Shown here in pieces: positions 33,927-42,545 of a DNA stretch of 44,401 bases (the first letter of the stretch is position 1; the number at the start of each line of letters is the position of its first letter). The stretch is from the NCBI GenBank assembly GCA_964510915.1, contig CAZEDA010000002.1, forward strand, positions 1 to 44,401, in the 5' to 3' direction. Source of the stretch: an uncultured Rhodocyclaceae bacterium (lineage in GTDB: Bacteria; Pseudomonadota; Gammaproteobacteria; Burkholderiales; Ga0077523). The position numbers and the translations under genes were made by a program. The notes below the pieces were generated by a model. That model was not told the DNA's origin. It searched no databases and saw only the letters and a list, made by a program, of their open reading frames with translations.

Positions 33927-35365
33927 GGGCCATCCTCATCGTGGCCGCGGGTCGTCTGCTGCAGATGATCGCGGCCTTCCTGACGCTCAAGCTGTCCACC
34001 ACGCTGATGGACCCCGGCCAGGTCGGGCAGATCAATCAGATGGTGGCCTTCGTCACCCTCTTTGCGACGGGCATCGTCGTGCCTCTCGTCGTCTACTTCG
34101 CCCGGGGCATCGTCGGATGGGTGGACGCCGGACAGTTCCGCCGTCGCCTGCGGGAGGTGATGATCGCCATCGCCGTCGCGACCGCCGTCCTCACGCCCCT
34201 CGCGCTCGTAGTTCAGGCGGCGTGGTCCCCCGTGCACGGCATCGAGCTGCGCTGGTTCGTCGCGCTCTTCGCCCTTTACGTGTTCGGATTCTCGTCCTAC
34301 ACGCTCCTGCTCAATTGCGTGGCCGTGCTGGGCCAGCGTGTCCGTAGCGCGGTGTACTCCAACTTGGCGTCCTGGGGCGGGCTGGCGCTGGCCGTCATCC
34401 TGTTCGGACTCGACCGCAGCCCCTGGCAGTGGACGCTTGGCGTGTTCCTGGGCTACGCGATTGCCATCCAGGGGTTGTGGGCCGTCCGCAGCGGCGCCAA
34501 CCGGCCGCCGTCCTACGGCGACAGCGTGCCGCTCTCCCTCAAGCCGGCAACGGTCTGGGCCTTCGTGTGGCCGCAGGTCGCCATGTTCGCGCTCTGGTGG
34601 ACGCAGTCGCAGAGCTACCGTTTCGTCCTCGCCGAAGTGAGCACGGTGGCGGCGGTCGGCCTGTTCTTCGCCGCCTATGCGCTCATCTCCGTGCCGATGC
34701 AGGCATTCGAGGCCGCGTTCAACGAGGTCTACTCACCGACCCTCTATCGCGATTTCGAGGGCGGCGGCGCGGATGCCAAGGTGCAGGCGTGGAACCGCTA
34801 TGCATCGGCGTACATGCCGTCCATCCTCGTCTTCGGCTGCTTTCTCGCGGGCTGCGCTCCGCACCTCGCGCGGCTCGCGCTCGGGCCGGCCTTCCAGATC
34901 GGCGCGCTGTTCTTCGTGTGGCCGGCACTCGCTGAAACGGGACGCGCCCTGGCATCTGTCAATCACACGCTCGGCGTGGCGAAGGTCGACATGCGTCTGC
35001 TCCTCCCGCCGGCCCTGGCCGGCGCCGTCGTGGCGCCGATCCTGGTCCTGATCCTGGCGCCGGCATCGCCGCTCCTCGGAACGGGCGCTGCCCTCTGTGC
35101 TGCCAGCCTCGCCGTCCTCGTCGTGGTCTACGCGGTTTCGCGCCGCACGCCCGGACTCGTCTGGCCTGTGGGTCGCATCGCCTCCGGCCTGTTCGCTGGC
35201 CTGCCGATCACCGGGCTCGGGATTGCCCTCGACGCCTGGCTTCCAGCGACGCCGGCCGGTTCGCTGATCGCGTGCGCAGGTCTCGGCATGCTGGCGCTGG
35301 CAGCGCTGTTCCTGCTCGGGCGACCCTGGCTTCGAACGTTGCAGGGTCCTCGCGCGGCGACCTGA
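33923..35365 (+). CDS. Wzx-like polysaccharide (PST/MOP-family) flippase
   Basis: ATGA overlap with gmhB. 480 aa with about 12-14 hydrophobic helices. The N-terminus RLLQMIAAFLTLKLSTTLMDPGQVGQINQMVAFVTLFATGIVVP is typical of oligosaccharide-flippase family proteins. Confidence 0.8.
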   Translation: MRAILIVAAGRLLQMIAAFLTLKLSTTLMDPGQVGQINQMVAFVTLFATGIVVPLVVYFARGIVGWVDAGQFRRRLREVMIAIAVATAVLTPLALVVQAAWSPVHGIELRWFVALFALYVFGFSSYTLLLNCVAVLGQRVRSAVYSNLASWGGLALAVILFGLDRSPWQWTLGVFLGYAIAIQGLWAVRSGANRPPSYGDSVPLSLKPATVWAFVWPQVAMFALWWTQSQSYRFVLAEVSTVAAVGLFFAAYALISVPMQAFEAAFNEVYSPTLYRDFEGGGADAKVQAWNRYASAYMPSILVFGCFLAGCAPHLARLALGPAFQIGALFFVWPALAETGRALASVNHTLGVAKVDMRLLLPPALAGAVVAPILVLILAPASPLLGTGAALCAASLAVLVVVYAVSRRTPGLVWPVGRIASGLFAGLPITGLGIALDAWLPATPAGSLIACAGLGMLALAALFLLGRPWLRTLQGPRAAT

Positions 35366-35427
35366 CCCGGGCGGGAACCCTCGCCCGCCTCGGGTCGTGA
35401 CTGCGCGGCCATGGCTGAAAGGCAGGA

Positions 35428-36282
35428 ATGCCAACACCATCGAGGTGTCGATTTCCTTCGCCGATCGGTAAACTCACGGTTTTTCCGCGCCTGCCGATGC
35501 CCCTCGCCCTCCATCCCGTGCTGCGCCTGACCCTGCGTTGGGCCGGGCTCGCGTTCAACGTGCGCGGGGTCATGACGCTCCATCGCTTTCCGGTCTACCT
35601 CTCGCAGTGGCGGCGTTTCGCGGCGGGCTCGCCGATGCGCGCGCCCTTTGGCGATTCGTATCCCTGCCTGTCCGACGCCACCTCGCATACTGCGTTCGAT
35701 CCCCACTACTTCTACCAGGCCGCGTGGCTGGCGCGTCGCGTCGCGGCATCGAAGCCGGCGCAGCACATGGATGTCGGGTCCGACGTCCAGATGATCAGCG
35801 TGCTGAGCGCCTTCGTGCCAGTACAGTTCGTCGATATCCGCCCGATAGAGGCGAATCTGTCCGGACTCACGCCGCGAGCGGGCAACCTCACGGCCATGAA
35901 CATGGCGTCGGGCAGCGTGGCGTCGCTGTCCTGCCTGCACGTGATCGAACATGTGGGCCTCGGCCGATACGGCGATCCTCTCGATCCGACCGGGCATCTC
36001 AAGGCGACGTCCGAGCTCGCGCGGCTTGTCGCGCCCGGCGGCGATCTGTACGTGAGCATGCCCATCGGCAAGGAGCGGGTGTGCTTCAACGCGCACCGGG
36101 TGTTCTCGCACGGGACGGTCGTGCAGCTGTTCTCCGACCTGGAACTGCAGTCGTTCTCTCTCGTCGACGATCGCGGTGCCTTCCACCCCGATGCCACCGC
36201 GCAGCAGGCCGATGCCTGCGACTACGGCTGCGGCATGTTCCACTTCCGGCGGCCCGGCACGCTGCCGGCGTCGGCGCCCTGA
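35428..36282 (+). CDS. DUF268-type SAM-dependent methyltransferase
   Basis: FDPHYFYQAAW...HMDVGSD...VQFVDIRP...SLSCLHVIEHVGLGRYGDPLDP.G...ELARLVAPGGDLYVSMPIG matches the DUF268 pattern. The start is uncertain (ATG 35428, 35497 or 35572). Confidence 0.8.
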   Translation: MPTPSRCRFPSPIGKLTVFPRLPMPLALHPVLRLTLRWAGLAFNVRGVMTLHRFPVYLSQWRRFAAGSPMRAPFGDSYPCLSDATSHTAFDPHYFYQAAWLARRVAASKPAQHMDVGSDVQMISVLSAFVPVQFVDIRPIEANLSGLTPRAGNLTAMNMASGSVASLSCLHVIEHVGLGRYGDPLDPTGHLKATSELARLVAPGGDLYVSMPIGKERVCFNAHRVFSHGTVVQLFSDLELQSFSLVDDRGAFHPDATAQQADACDYGCGMFHFRRPGTLPASAP

Positions 36283-37244
36283 TGACCGTCTACCAGGACC
36301 TCTGCGAGGTCACGAGGCCGCGGTTGTCGGTGATCACGCCTTCGCTCAACCATGCCGCGTTCCTGCGCGACACCATCGAGACCGTGGCCAATCAGTCGTT
36401 CCGTGACTTCGAGCACATCGTGATCGACGGTGGTTCGAAGGACGGCACGGTCGACATCCTCAAGGAGTACCCCCACGTCCGGTGGATCTCCGAGAAGGAT
36501 CGCGACATCGTCGACGCGTATCGCAAGGCGATCTCCCGCGTGCGGGGCGAGCACGTGATCCAGTGCTGCGTGTCGGACGGTTTCCACGACCGGCACTGGT
36601 TCCGGCGGGCGGTCGACGCGCTCGATGCCGATCCGGAACTCTCGCTCGTGTGGGCGCTGCCGCAGTACATGACGGAGGCTGGCGCGCTGCAGGCCGTGGC
36701 CTACCCGGACTTCCTGATCGATCCGCCGCCGCAGAAGCAGGCATTCCTCTCCTACTGGTGGGCGACCAAGATGCCGTTTCCGGAAAGCAACTATTGCGTC
36801 CGTGCGAGCGTGCTCGATCGTCATTTCCCGACGGATCAGTCGCCGGAGCACTTCCGGATCCATCCGCACCTGGGCTTCATGTACGACTTCATGGTGAACG
36901 GCTATCTGTCCTGGTTCCTCCCCGAGGTGGTGAGCTTCGGCCGCCTGCACGAGGACCAGCGCGGCAAGCGCCTGTGGCACATCGAGCGTCCGGCCCAGCT
37001 GCGATACAACGCCGAGGTCGATCGCCATCGCGCCGGTGTCGTTGCCGGCTCGATCCCCATGGTATTCCGGGACGGCGCCGGGCGGGAGATCGCCACGCTG
37101 TCGAAGAGCGAGGCGGCGACGTATTCGCGGGCGTGCTGGAAGACCCGGATCACCCGTTCCGCCGTCTTGCGCACACCGCCTTACCACCTTGCGCAACGAG
37201 TCCTGCGACGTCTCGGCCTTGGTGCCGCGGCGGGCGGGAGCTGA
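36282..37244 (+). CDS. GT2-family glycosyltransferase
   Basis: LSVITPSLNHAAFLRDTIETVANQSFRDFEHIVIDGGSKDGTVDILKEY. The ATG overlaps the upstream TGA (TGATG). Confidence 0.85.
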   Translation: MTVYQDLCEVTRPRLSVITPSLNHAAFLRDTIETVANQSFRDFEHIVIDGGSKDGTVDILKEYPHVRWISEKDRDIVDAYRKAISRVRGEHVIQCCVSDGFHDRHWFRRAVDALDADPELSLVWALPQYMTEAGALQAVAYPDFLIDPPPQKQAFLSYWWATKMPFPESNYCVRASVLDRHFPTDQSPEHFRIHPHLGFMYDFMVNGYLSWFLPEVVSFGRLHEDQRGKRLWHIERPAQLRYNAEVDRHRAGVVAGSIPMVFRDGAGREIATLSKSEAATYSRACWKTRITRSAVLRTPPYHLAQRVLRRLGLGAAAGGS

Positions 37245-37252
37245 GCCTCGCC

Positions 37253-38008
37253 ATGCCGTTCGGCCGCCTTCGTCAGTGGCTCGCCCACTCGCGATTTCTC
37301 GCCTTCAACGCCGTGGCCCGCGACGAATGGGTTCGTGCCCGCGCGTCGGAAGTTCCGACCGGGGCGCGAGTGCTGGATGTGGGGGCGGGGTCCTGTCCCT
37401 ATCGCGGCGCCTTCGCCCACTGCCGCTACGAGACGCAGGACTTCGCGCAGCTCGATGCGGAACAGCTTCGCTATGGCGGCTACGGTGCGATCGACTACGT
37501 CTGCGACGCGCGGGCGATCCCCGTGCCCGACGGCAGTTTCGACGCGGTGCTCTGCACCGAAGTCCTCGAGCACGTGCCCGAGCCGGCGGCGGTGGTCCGC
37601 GAGATCGCCCGTGTGCTGCGCCCGGGCGGACGCCTCATCCTGACCGCGCCGCTCGGCTCCGGCATCCATCAGGAGCCCTACCACTACTACGGCGGATACA
37701 CGCCCTACTGGTATCGCGAGTTCCTCGCGTCCGCCGGGTTCGGCCAGATCCGTGTGGAGCCCAACGCCGGATCGTTCCAGTTCTTCGCGCAGGAATGCAT
37801 CCGCTTCATCCGCACCTCCCGGCCTTTCCGCCTCGGCCTGCCCATGGTGGCGCAACTGCTCTGGGCGCCGCTGTGGGTGCTGCTGTTCCCGCTGCTCGTG
37901 CTGCTGATCCCCGCCATTTGCCTGGTGCTCGACCGCTACGACACGGAGCACCGCTTCACGGTGGGCTACCACGTCACTGCCGTCCGAGAGGGGCCGGCAG
38001 CGCCATGA
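37253..38008 (+). CDS. Class I SAM-dependent methyltransferase (Methyltransf_11/23-like) with a C-terminal hydrophobic segment
   Basis: VLDVGAGSCPY, FDAVLCTEVLEHVPEPAAVVREIARVLRPGGRLILTAPL. The C-terminal helix is LLWAPLWVLLFPLLVLLIPAICLVL. Confidence 0.85.
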   Translation: MPFGRLRQWLAHSRFLAFNAVARDEWVRARASEVPTGARVLDVGAGSCPYRGAFAHCRYETQDFAQLDAEQLRYGGYGAIDYVCDARAIPVPDGSFDAVLCTEVLEHVPEPAAVVREIARVLRPGGRLILTAPLGSGIHQEPYHYYGGYTPYWYREFLASAGFGQIRVEPNAGSFQFFAQECIRFIRTSRPFRLGLPMVAQLLWAPLWVLLFPLLVLLIPAICLVLDRYDTEHRFTVGYHVTAVREGPAAP

Positions 38009-38925
38009 GTGCAGGCCCGGCGAGGCAGCCGCGCGTCGTGGTGAAGGTCGTGGGAGGGCTGGGCAACCAGCTCTTCTGCTATGCGACCGCCCGCGCGCTG
38101 GCGCAGCGGACAGGTGCGGAACTGGTGCTGGACGTGGATTTCTTCCGATCGGACACTCGCTACGAGCGCCAGTATCGGCTCGACCGGTATCGGCTCGGAC
38201 CGCATCGCGTGCACAGCTCGGCCCGGGTGCTGCCCAGAGCGATCGACCTGCGCTGGTGGCGCGTGAAGCGACGGCTGATGGAGCGCGGTCTCGTGCCGGG
38301 AGTCGTGGCAGTGGTCGAGCGCGATTCGAAGCACTTCCACGCGGAACTGCTCGACTGCACGATCGGCGAGTCCCTCCTGCTGGACGGTTACTGGCAGGAC
38401 GAGCGCTACTTCGCGGGCATCCGGGAGATCCTTGTCGACGAGTTGCAACCCGCCCATGCGCCCGACGAGCGCCACCGAGCCCTGGGGGAGACCATGCGCG
38501 CGTCGCAATCGGTGGCCGTGCATTGCCGGCGTCATCACCACCGGCTTGCGGATGGCACCGTGCAGGCCGCGCGCGGGCGCGCCGGTCTCGACGTGCAGTA
38601 CTATCGGCGCGCCCTGGAGGAACTGTCCGCTGCCGTGCGCCCGGACCACCTCTACCTGTTCGGTGACGAACCGGGCTGGCTCGAATCGGTTCTGCCGCCC
38701 GACTTGCCCCGTACCGTGGTCGACTGGAATACCGGTCCGGGAGGGGAAGTGCTCGACCTCTGGCTCATGACCCGCTGCCGCCACAGCGTGGTGTCGAACA
38801 GCACTCTCAGCTGGTGGGGCGCTTGGCTGGGGATCGGCGAGGACAGGCAGGTGATCGCTCCGAAAGCCCAGGACCTCGAATACTGGGTGTCGAACGCACG
38901 CGGCTGGCGGGAGATCGCCTGGTGA
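38005..38925 (+). CDS. GT11-family glycosyltransferase (alpha-1,2-fucosyltransferase-like)
   Basis: VVVKVVGGLGNQLFCYATARALA, LLDGYWQDERYF, VAVHCRR and SNSTLSWWGAWLG are the conserved GT11 blocks. ATGA overlap with the upstream gene. Confidence 0.85.
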   Translation: MSAGPARQPRVVVKVVGGLGNQLFCYATARALAQRTGAELVLDVDFFRSDTRYERQYRLDRYRLGPHRVHSSARVLPRAIDLRWWRVKRRLMERGLVPGVVAVVERDSKHFHAELLDCTIGESLLLDGYWQDERYFAGIREILVDELQPAHAPDERHRALGETMRASQSVAVHCRRHHHRLADGTVQAARGRAGLDVQYYRRALEELSAAVRPDHLYLFGDEPGWLESVLPPDLPRTVVDWNTGPGGEVLDLWLMTRCRHSVVSNSTLSWWGAWLGIGEDRQVIAPKAQDLEYWVSNARGWREIAW

Positions 38926-38963
38926 CGGGCACCCGCGACCTTTCGTCCCACTGACGGAGACCC

Positions 38964-39668
38964 ATGGCTTCCTGGCTCACGAGAATCAAGCGGCGACTGC
39001 TTCGCGAAGCGGGCATCCACTACCGGAAGTCCTACGCGCAGTGCGGCGAGGACATGATCATCCGCTTCGTCTTCGACGCGCTGAAGATCGACCGCCCCCG
39101 TTTCCTCGATCTCGGTGCCCATCACCCCACGTATCTCAGCAACACCTATGCGCTGTATGCACAGGGCAGCCGCGGCGTGAACGTGGACGCCTCGCCATCG
39201 GCGATCGCGGCGTTCGGCCGCGTGCGGCCGGAAGACGTGAATCTGAACGTCGGTGTCGGCCCGGAGCCCGGCGAACTCACCTTTCACGAGATGTCGGTCC
39301 CGACGCTCAGCACCTTCTCGGACACGCAGGCAAAGGGCTACGAGGCCGAAGGCAGTGCCAGAATCGTGAGTTCGCGCCCCGTGGCGGTACGCACCTTCCA
39401 CGATATCGTGCGCGAGCATTTCGATGGCCCGCCCGACTTCGTTTCGCTCGATGTGGAAGGCCTGGACGTGGCGATCCTCGAGTCCATCGATTTCGCCGCG
39501 TGCCGCCCGACCGTTTTCTGCGTGGAGACGCTCACGTACTCCTCGGCCCGGCAGGGCGATCGGATCGACGCGATCGACCCGATCATGCAGGCCGCCGGGT
39601 ACATGCGTTACGCCGATACCCACGTGAATACGATCTACGTCGTCGAGTCGACGTGGCGCAGCCGATGA
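38964..39668 (+). CDS. FkbM-family methyltransferase
   Basis: QCGEDMIIRFVF...FLDLGAHHPTYLSNTYALY...VNVDASP...GELTFHE...FVSLDVEGLDVAILESIDF. Confidence 0.85.
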   Translation: MASWLTRIKRRLLREAGIHYRKSYAQCGEDMIIRFVFDALKIDRPRFLDLGAHHPTYLSNTYALYAQGSRGVNVDASPSAIAAFGRVRPEDVNLNVGVGPEPGELTFHEMSVPTLSTFSDTQAKGYEAEGSARIVSSRPVAVRTFHDIVREHFDGPPDFVSLDVEGLDVAILESIDFAACRPTVFCVETLTYSSARQGDRIDAIDPIMQAAGYMRYADTHVNTIYVVESTWRSR

Positions 39669-40546
39669 CCGATGCGTCCGCGGACCGGCCGCTCGTCACC
39701 ATCGCCCTGCCGGCCCGGAACTCCGCCGCCACGCTCGCCCTCACGCTGGCGTCGATTCGCTGGCAGACGCTCGTGTCCTGGGAACTCCTGCTGATGGACG
39801 ACGGCTCCACGGACGACACCGTCGCCATTGCGCGCGCTGCGGGGGACGCACGAATCGTCGTGCACTCCGACGGTCGCCATGCCGGCCTCGCGACGCGACT
39901 CAACCAGGCCATCGATCTCGCGCGCGGCCGGTACTTCGCACGGATGGACGCCGACGACATCGCCTACCCGCAGCGCCTGCAAACGCAGCTCGACTTCCTC
40001 GAGGCGCACCCCGACGTGGACCTCGTGGCGGCACGCGCGCTCGCATTCCGGGGCGAGGGCGAAGTGATCGGTCTGCTGCCGCATCGCGCCGTGCACGAGG
40101 AGATCTGCGCGCAGCCCTGGAGCGGCATTCCGATGCCGCATCCCACCTGGTTCGGGCGGATCGAATGGTTCCGGCGACATCGGTATGGCGTCCCCGACGC
40201 TCCGCGCGCGGAGGATCAGGAACTGCTGATGCGCGCGGCGGACGTGAGCCGCTATGCCGCCTGCCCGGAGATCCTCCTGGGCTACCGGCAGGGGGACTAC
40301 TCCGCGACGCGCATGCTGAAGGGGCGGTTCGGCCGCTTGCAGGCGTACACCCGGCATGCGCGCGCACGCGGCGACGGCGCGGGCGTCCTGCGCGCCACGC
40401 TCGTCGCCTGGGCGAAGGCGGGCGTGGATGTCCTGGCCGGGCTGCCGGGATGCGAGGCGCTCTTCTTCCGTCGGATCGGCGCGGCGCCCACCGACGTGCA
40501 GCGACGGGAATGGGAATCGTTGTGGCAGCGGCTGCGCGCAGCGTGA
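39665..40546 (+). CDS. GT2-family glycosyltransferase
   Basis: VTIALPARNSAATLALTLASIRWQT...LLLMDDGSTDDT...FARMDADDIAYPQRL. ATGA overlap with the upstream gene. Confidence 0.85.
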   Translation: MTDASADRPLVTIALPARNSAATLALTLASIRWQTLVSWELLLMDDGSTDDTVAIARAAGDARIVVHSDGRHAGLATRLNQAIDLARGRYFARMDADDIAYPQRLQTQLDFLEAHPDVDLVAARALAFRGEGEVIGLLPHRAVHEEICAQPWSGIPMPHPTWFGRIEWFRRHRYGVPDAPRAEDQELLMRAADVSRYAACPEILLGYRQGDYSATRMLKGRFGRLQAYTRHARARGDGAGVLRATLVAWAKAGVDVLAGLPGCEALFFRRIGAAPTDVQRREWESLWQRLRAA

Positions 40547-40574
40547 TGCGGCACGTTCGCGAGGAGCGGCCCTG

Positions 40575-42545
40575 ATGTGCGGGTTCGCCGGATTCTGGCG
40601 GGCGGGACCCGTGGATCCGCAGGTCGCGACGCGGGCGGGTGAGGCGATGGCCGCTTCACTCGTGCATCGCGGGCCGGACGACCATGGCTTGTGGCTCGAT
40701 GCTGCCGCTGGCATCACGCTGGCGCATCGTCGCCTGTCGATCCTCGACCTGTCACCCGAGGGTCATCAGCCCATGCTTTCGGCGAGCGGGCGCCTGGTGA
40801 TCGCCTTCAACGGCGAGATCTACAACTTCGGCGAACTGCGCGCGGAACTGGAAGCATCCGGTCACTCGACGCCGTGGCGCGGGCACTCCGATACGGAAGT
40901 GATGCTCGCCGCGTTCGAACGCTGGGGCGTGGAGGCTGCGCTCGAGCGGATGGTGGGCATGTTCGCCTTCGCCCTGTGGGACCGCGAAGCGCGCAGCCTG
41001 ACGCTCGGGCGGGACCGGTTCGGCGAGAAGCCGCTCTACTACGGCTGGTCGGGCGGGCTGCTGCTGTTCGCCTCGGAACTGAAGGCTTTCCGCGCCCATC
41101 CCGATTTCCGCGCGAGCCTCGACCGCGAGGCGCTGTCGCTCTACGTCCGACATGCCTGCATTCCGGCGCCGCGGTCGATCTATACCGGTGTCTCGAAGCT
41201 CGCGCCCGGTCACGTCGTGCGGTTTTCGGAGGCGCATCTTGCCGAGGGCCGGTCGCCCGCGTCCACGCCGTACTGGTCGCTCGGCGAGGCCATACGTGCG
41301 GCCCGGTCGGACCCGTTCCGCGGCACACCGGCCGAAGCGGCGGAAGCGCTGCATTCCCTCCTCGGCAGCGCCGTGGAGGCGCAGATGGTGGCGGACGTTC
41401 CGCTGGGCGCCTTCCTGTCTGGCGGGATCGACTCGTCGACGGTCGTCGCGCTGATGCAGGCGCACAGCGCGCGGCCGGTGCGTACCTTCACCATCGGATT
41501 TCGCGAAGGCGACTACGACGAGGCCGCCGACGCGCGTGCCGTGGCCGCGCATCTCGGCACGGACCACACCGAGTGGATCCTCTCGCCGGAGGAGGCACGC
41601 AGTGCCGTGCCGCGCCTGCCGATCCTCTACGACGAACCCTTCGCTGATTCCTCGCAGATCCCCACGCATCTGGTCGCAGGGCTCGCGCGACAGCACGTCA
41701 CGGTGAGTCTGTCCGGCGATGCCGGCGACGAAATCTTCGGCGGCTACAACCGGCACCGTCTGGCCAATCGCCTTGGCCGCCTCGGCGAGCGGTTTCCCGC
41801 CGGGCTGCGCCGTTCCGCGGCGAGCCTGCTCCGCTCCGTGCCGCCGGCGGGCTGGGACCGGCTGGCGCGAGGCGGCGCGAAACTGCTGCCGCAGCTTCGG
41901 CGGCACAAGGCGGTCGGCGATCGCATTCACAAGCTTGCCGGTGTCCTCGGCGCAGAAGACGCTGCTCAGCTCTACGAGCAGCTGACGAGTTTCTGGGGGG
42001 CGGAACTGGTCGCAGGCCATCGCGCCGGGCCGAGCGGCTGGCTGACGGCTGATGCGCCGCCGTCGCTCTCCCTGCCCGAGCGCATGATGTTTCTCGATAC
42101 GCTCGGCTATCTTCCGGACGACATCCTCGTGAAGGTCGATCGCGCCGCGATGGGCGTGAGCCTCGAGACGCGCGTGCCCTTTCTCGACCATCGTGTCGCG
42201 GCGTTCGCGTGGCGGCTTCCGATCGATCACAAGGTCGACGACCGCCGGGGCAAGAAGATCCTCCGGGACGTTCTCTACCGGTACGTGCCCGCAGCGCTGG
42301 TGGAGCGACCCAAGATGGGTTTCGGCATTCCGCTCGATGCCTGGCTGCGCGGACCGCTCCGGGCATGGGCGGAATCGCTGCTGGACGAAGAGCGTCTGCG
42401 GCGCGAGGGGTTCTTCGACGCCGTCGCCGTGCGACGGTGCTGGAGCGAGCATCTCGCCGGCACGCGCAACTGGCAGCACCGGCTTTGGGTCGTGCTAATG
42501 TTCGAAGCATGGCTCGACACCTGGAGCGGAGGGCTCGTCGCTTGA
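40575..42545 (+). CDS. asnB: Asparagine synthase (glutamine-hydrolysing)-family amidotransferase (WbpS-like)
   Basis: N-terminal nucleophile MCGFAG, LAHRRLSILD, FNGEIYNF, and the PP-loop FLSGGIDSS. Confidence 0.9.
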   Translation: MCGFAGFWRAGPVDPQVATRAGEAMAASLVHRGPDDHGLWLDAAAGITLAHRRLSILDLSPEGHQPMLSASGRLVIAFNGEIYNFGELRAELEASGHSTPWRGHSDTEVMLAAFERWGVEAALERMVGMFAFALWDREARSLTLGRDRFGEKPLYYGWSGGLLLFASELKAFRAHPDFRASLDREALSLYVRHACIPAPRSIYTGVSKLAPGHVVRFSEAHLAEGRSPASTPYWSLGEAIRAARSDPFRGTPAEAAEALHSLLGSAVEAQMVADVPLGAFLSGGIDSSTVVALMQAHSARPVRTFTIGFREGDYDEAADARAVAAHLGTDHTEWILSPEEARSAVPRLPILYDEPFADSSQIPTHLVAGLARQHVTVSLSGDAGDEIFGGYNRHRLANRLGRLGERFPAGLRRSAASLLRSVPPAGWDRLARGGAKLLPQLRRHKAVGDRIHKLAGVLGAEDAAQLYEQLTSFWGAELVAGHRAGPSGWLTADAPPSLSLPERMMFLDTLGYLPDDILVKVDRAAMGVSLETRVPFLDHRVAAFAWRLPIDHKVDDRRGKKILRDVLYRYVPAALVERPKMGFGIPLDAWLRGPLRAWAESLLDEERLRREGFFDAVAVRRCWSEHLAGTRNWQHRLWVVLMFEAWLDTWSGGLVA

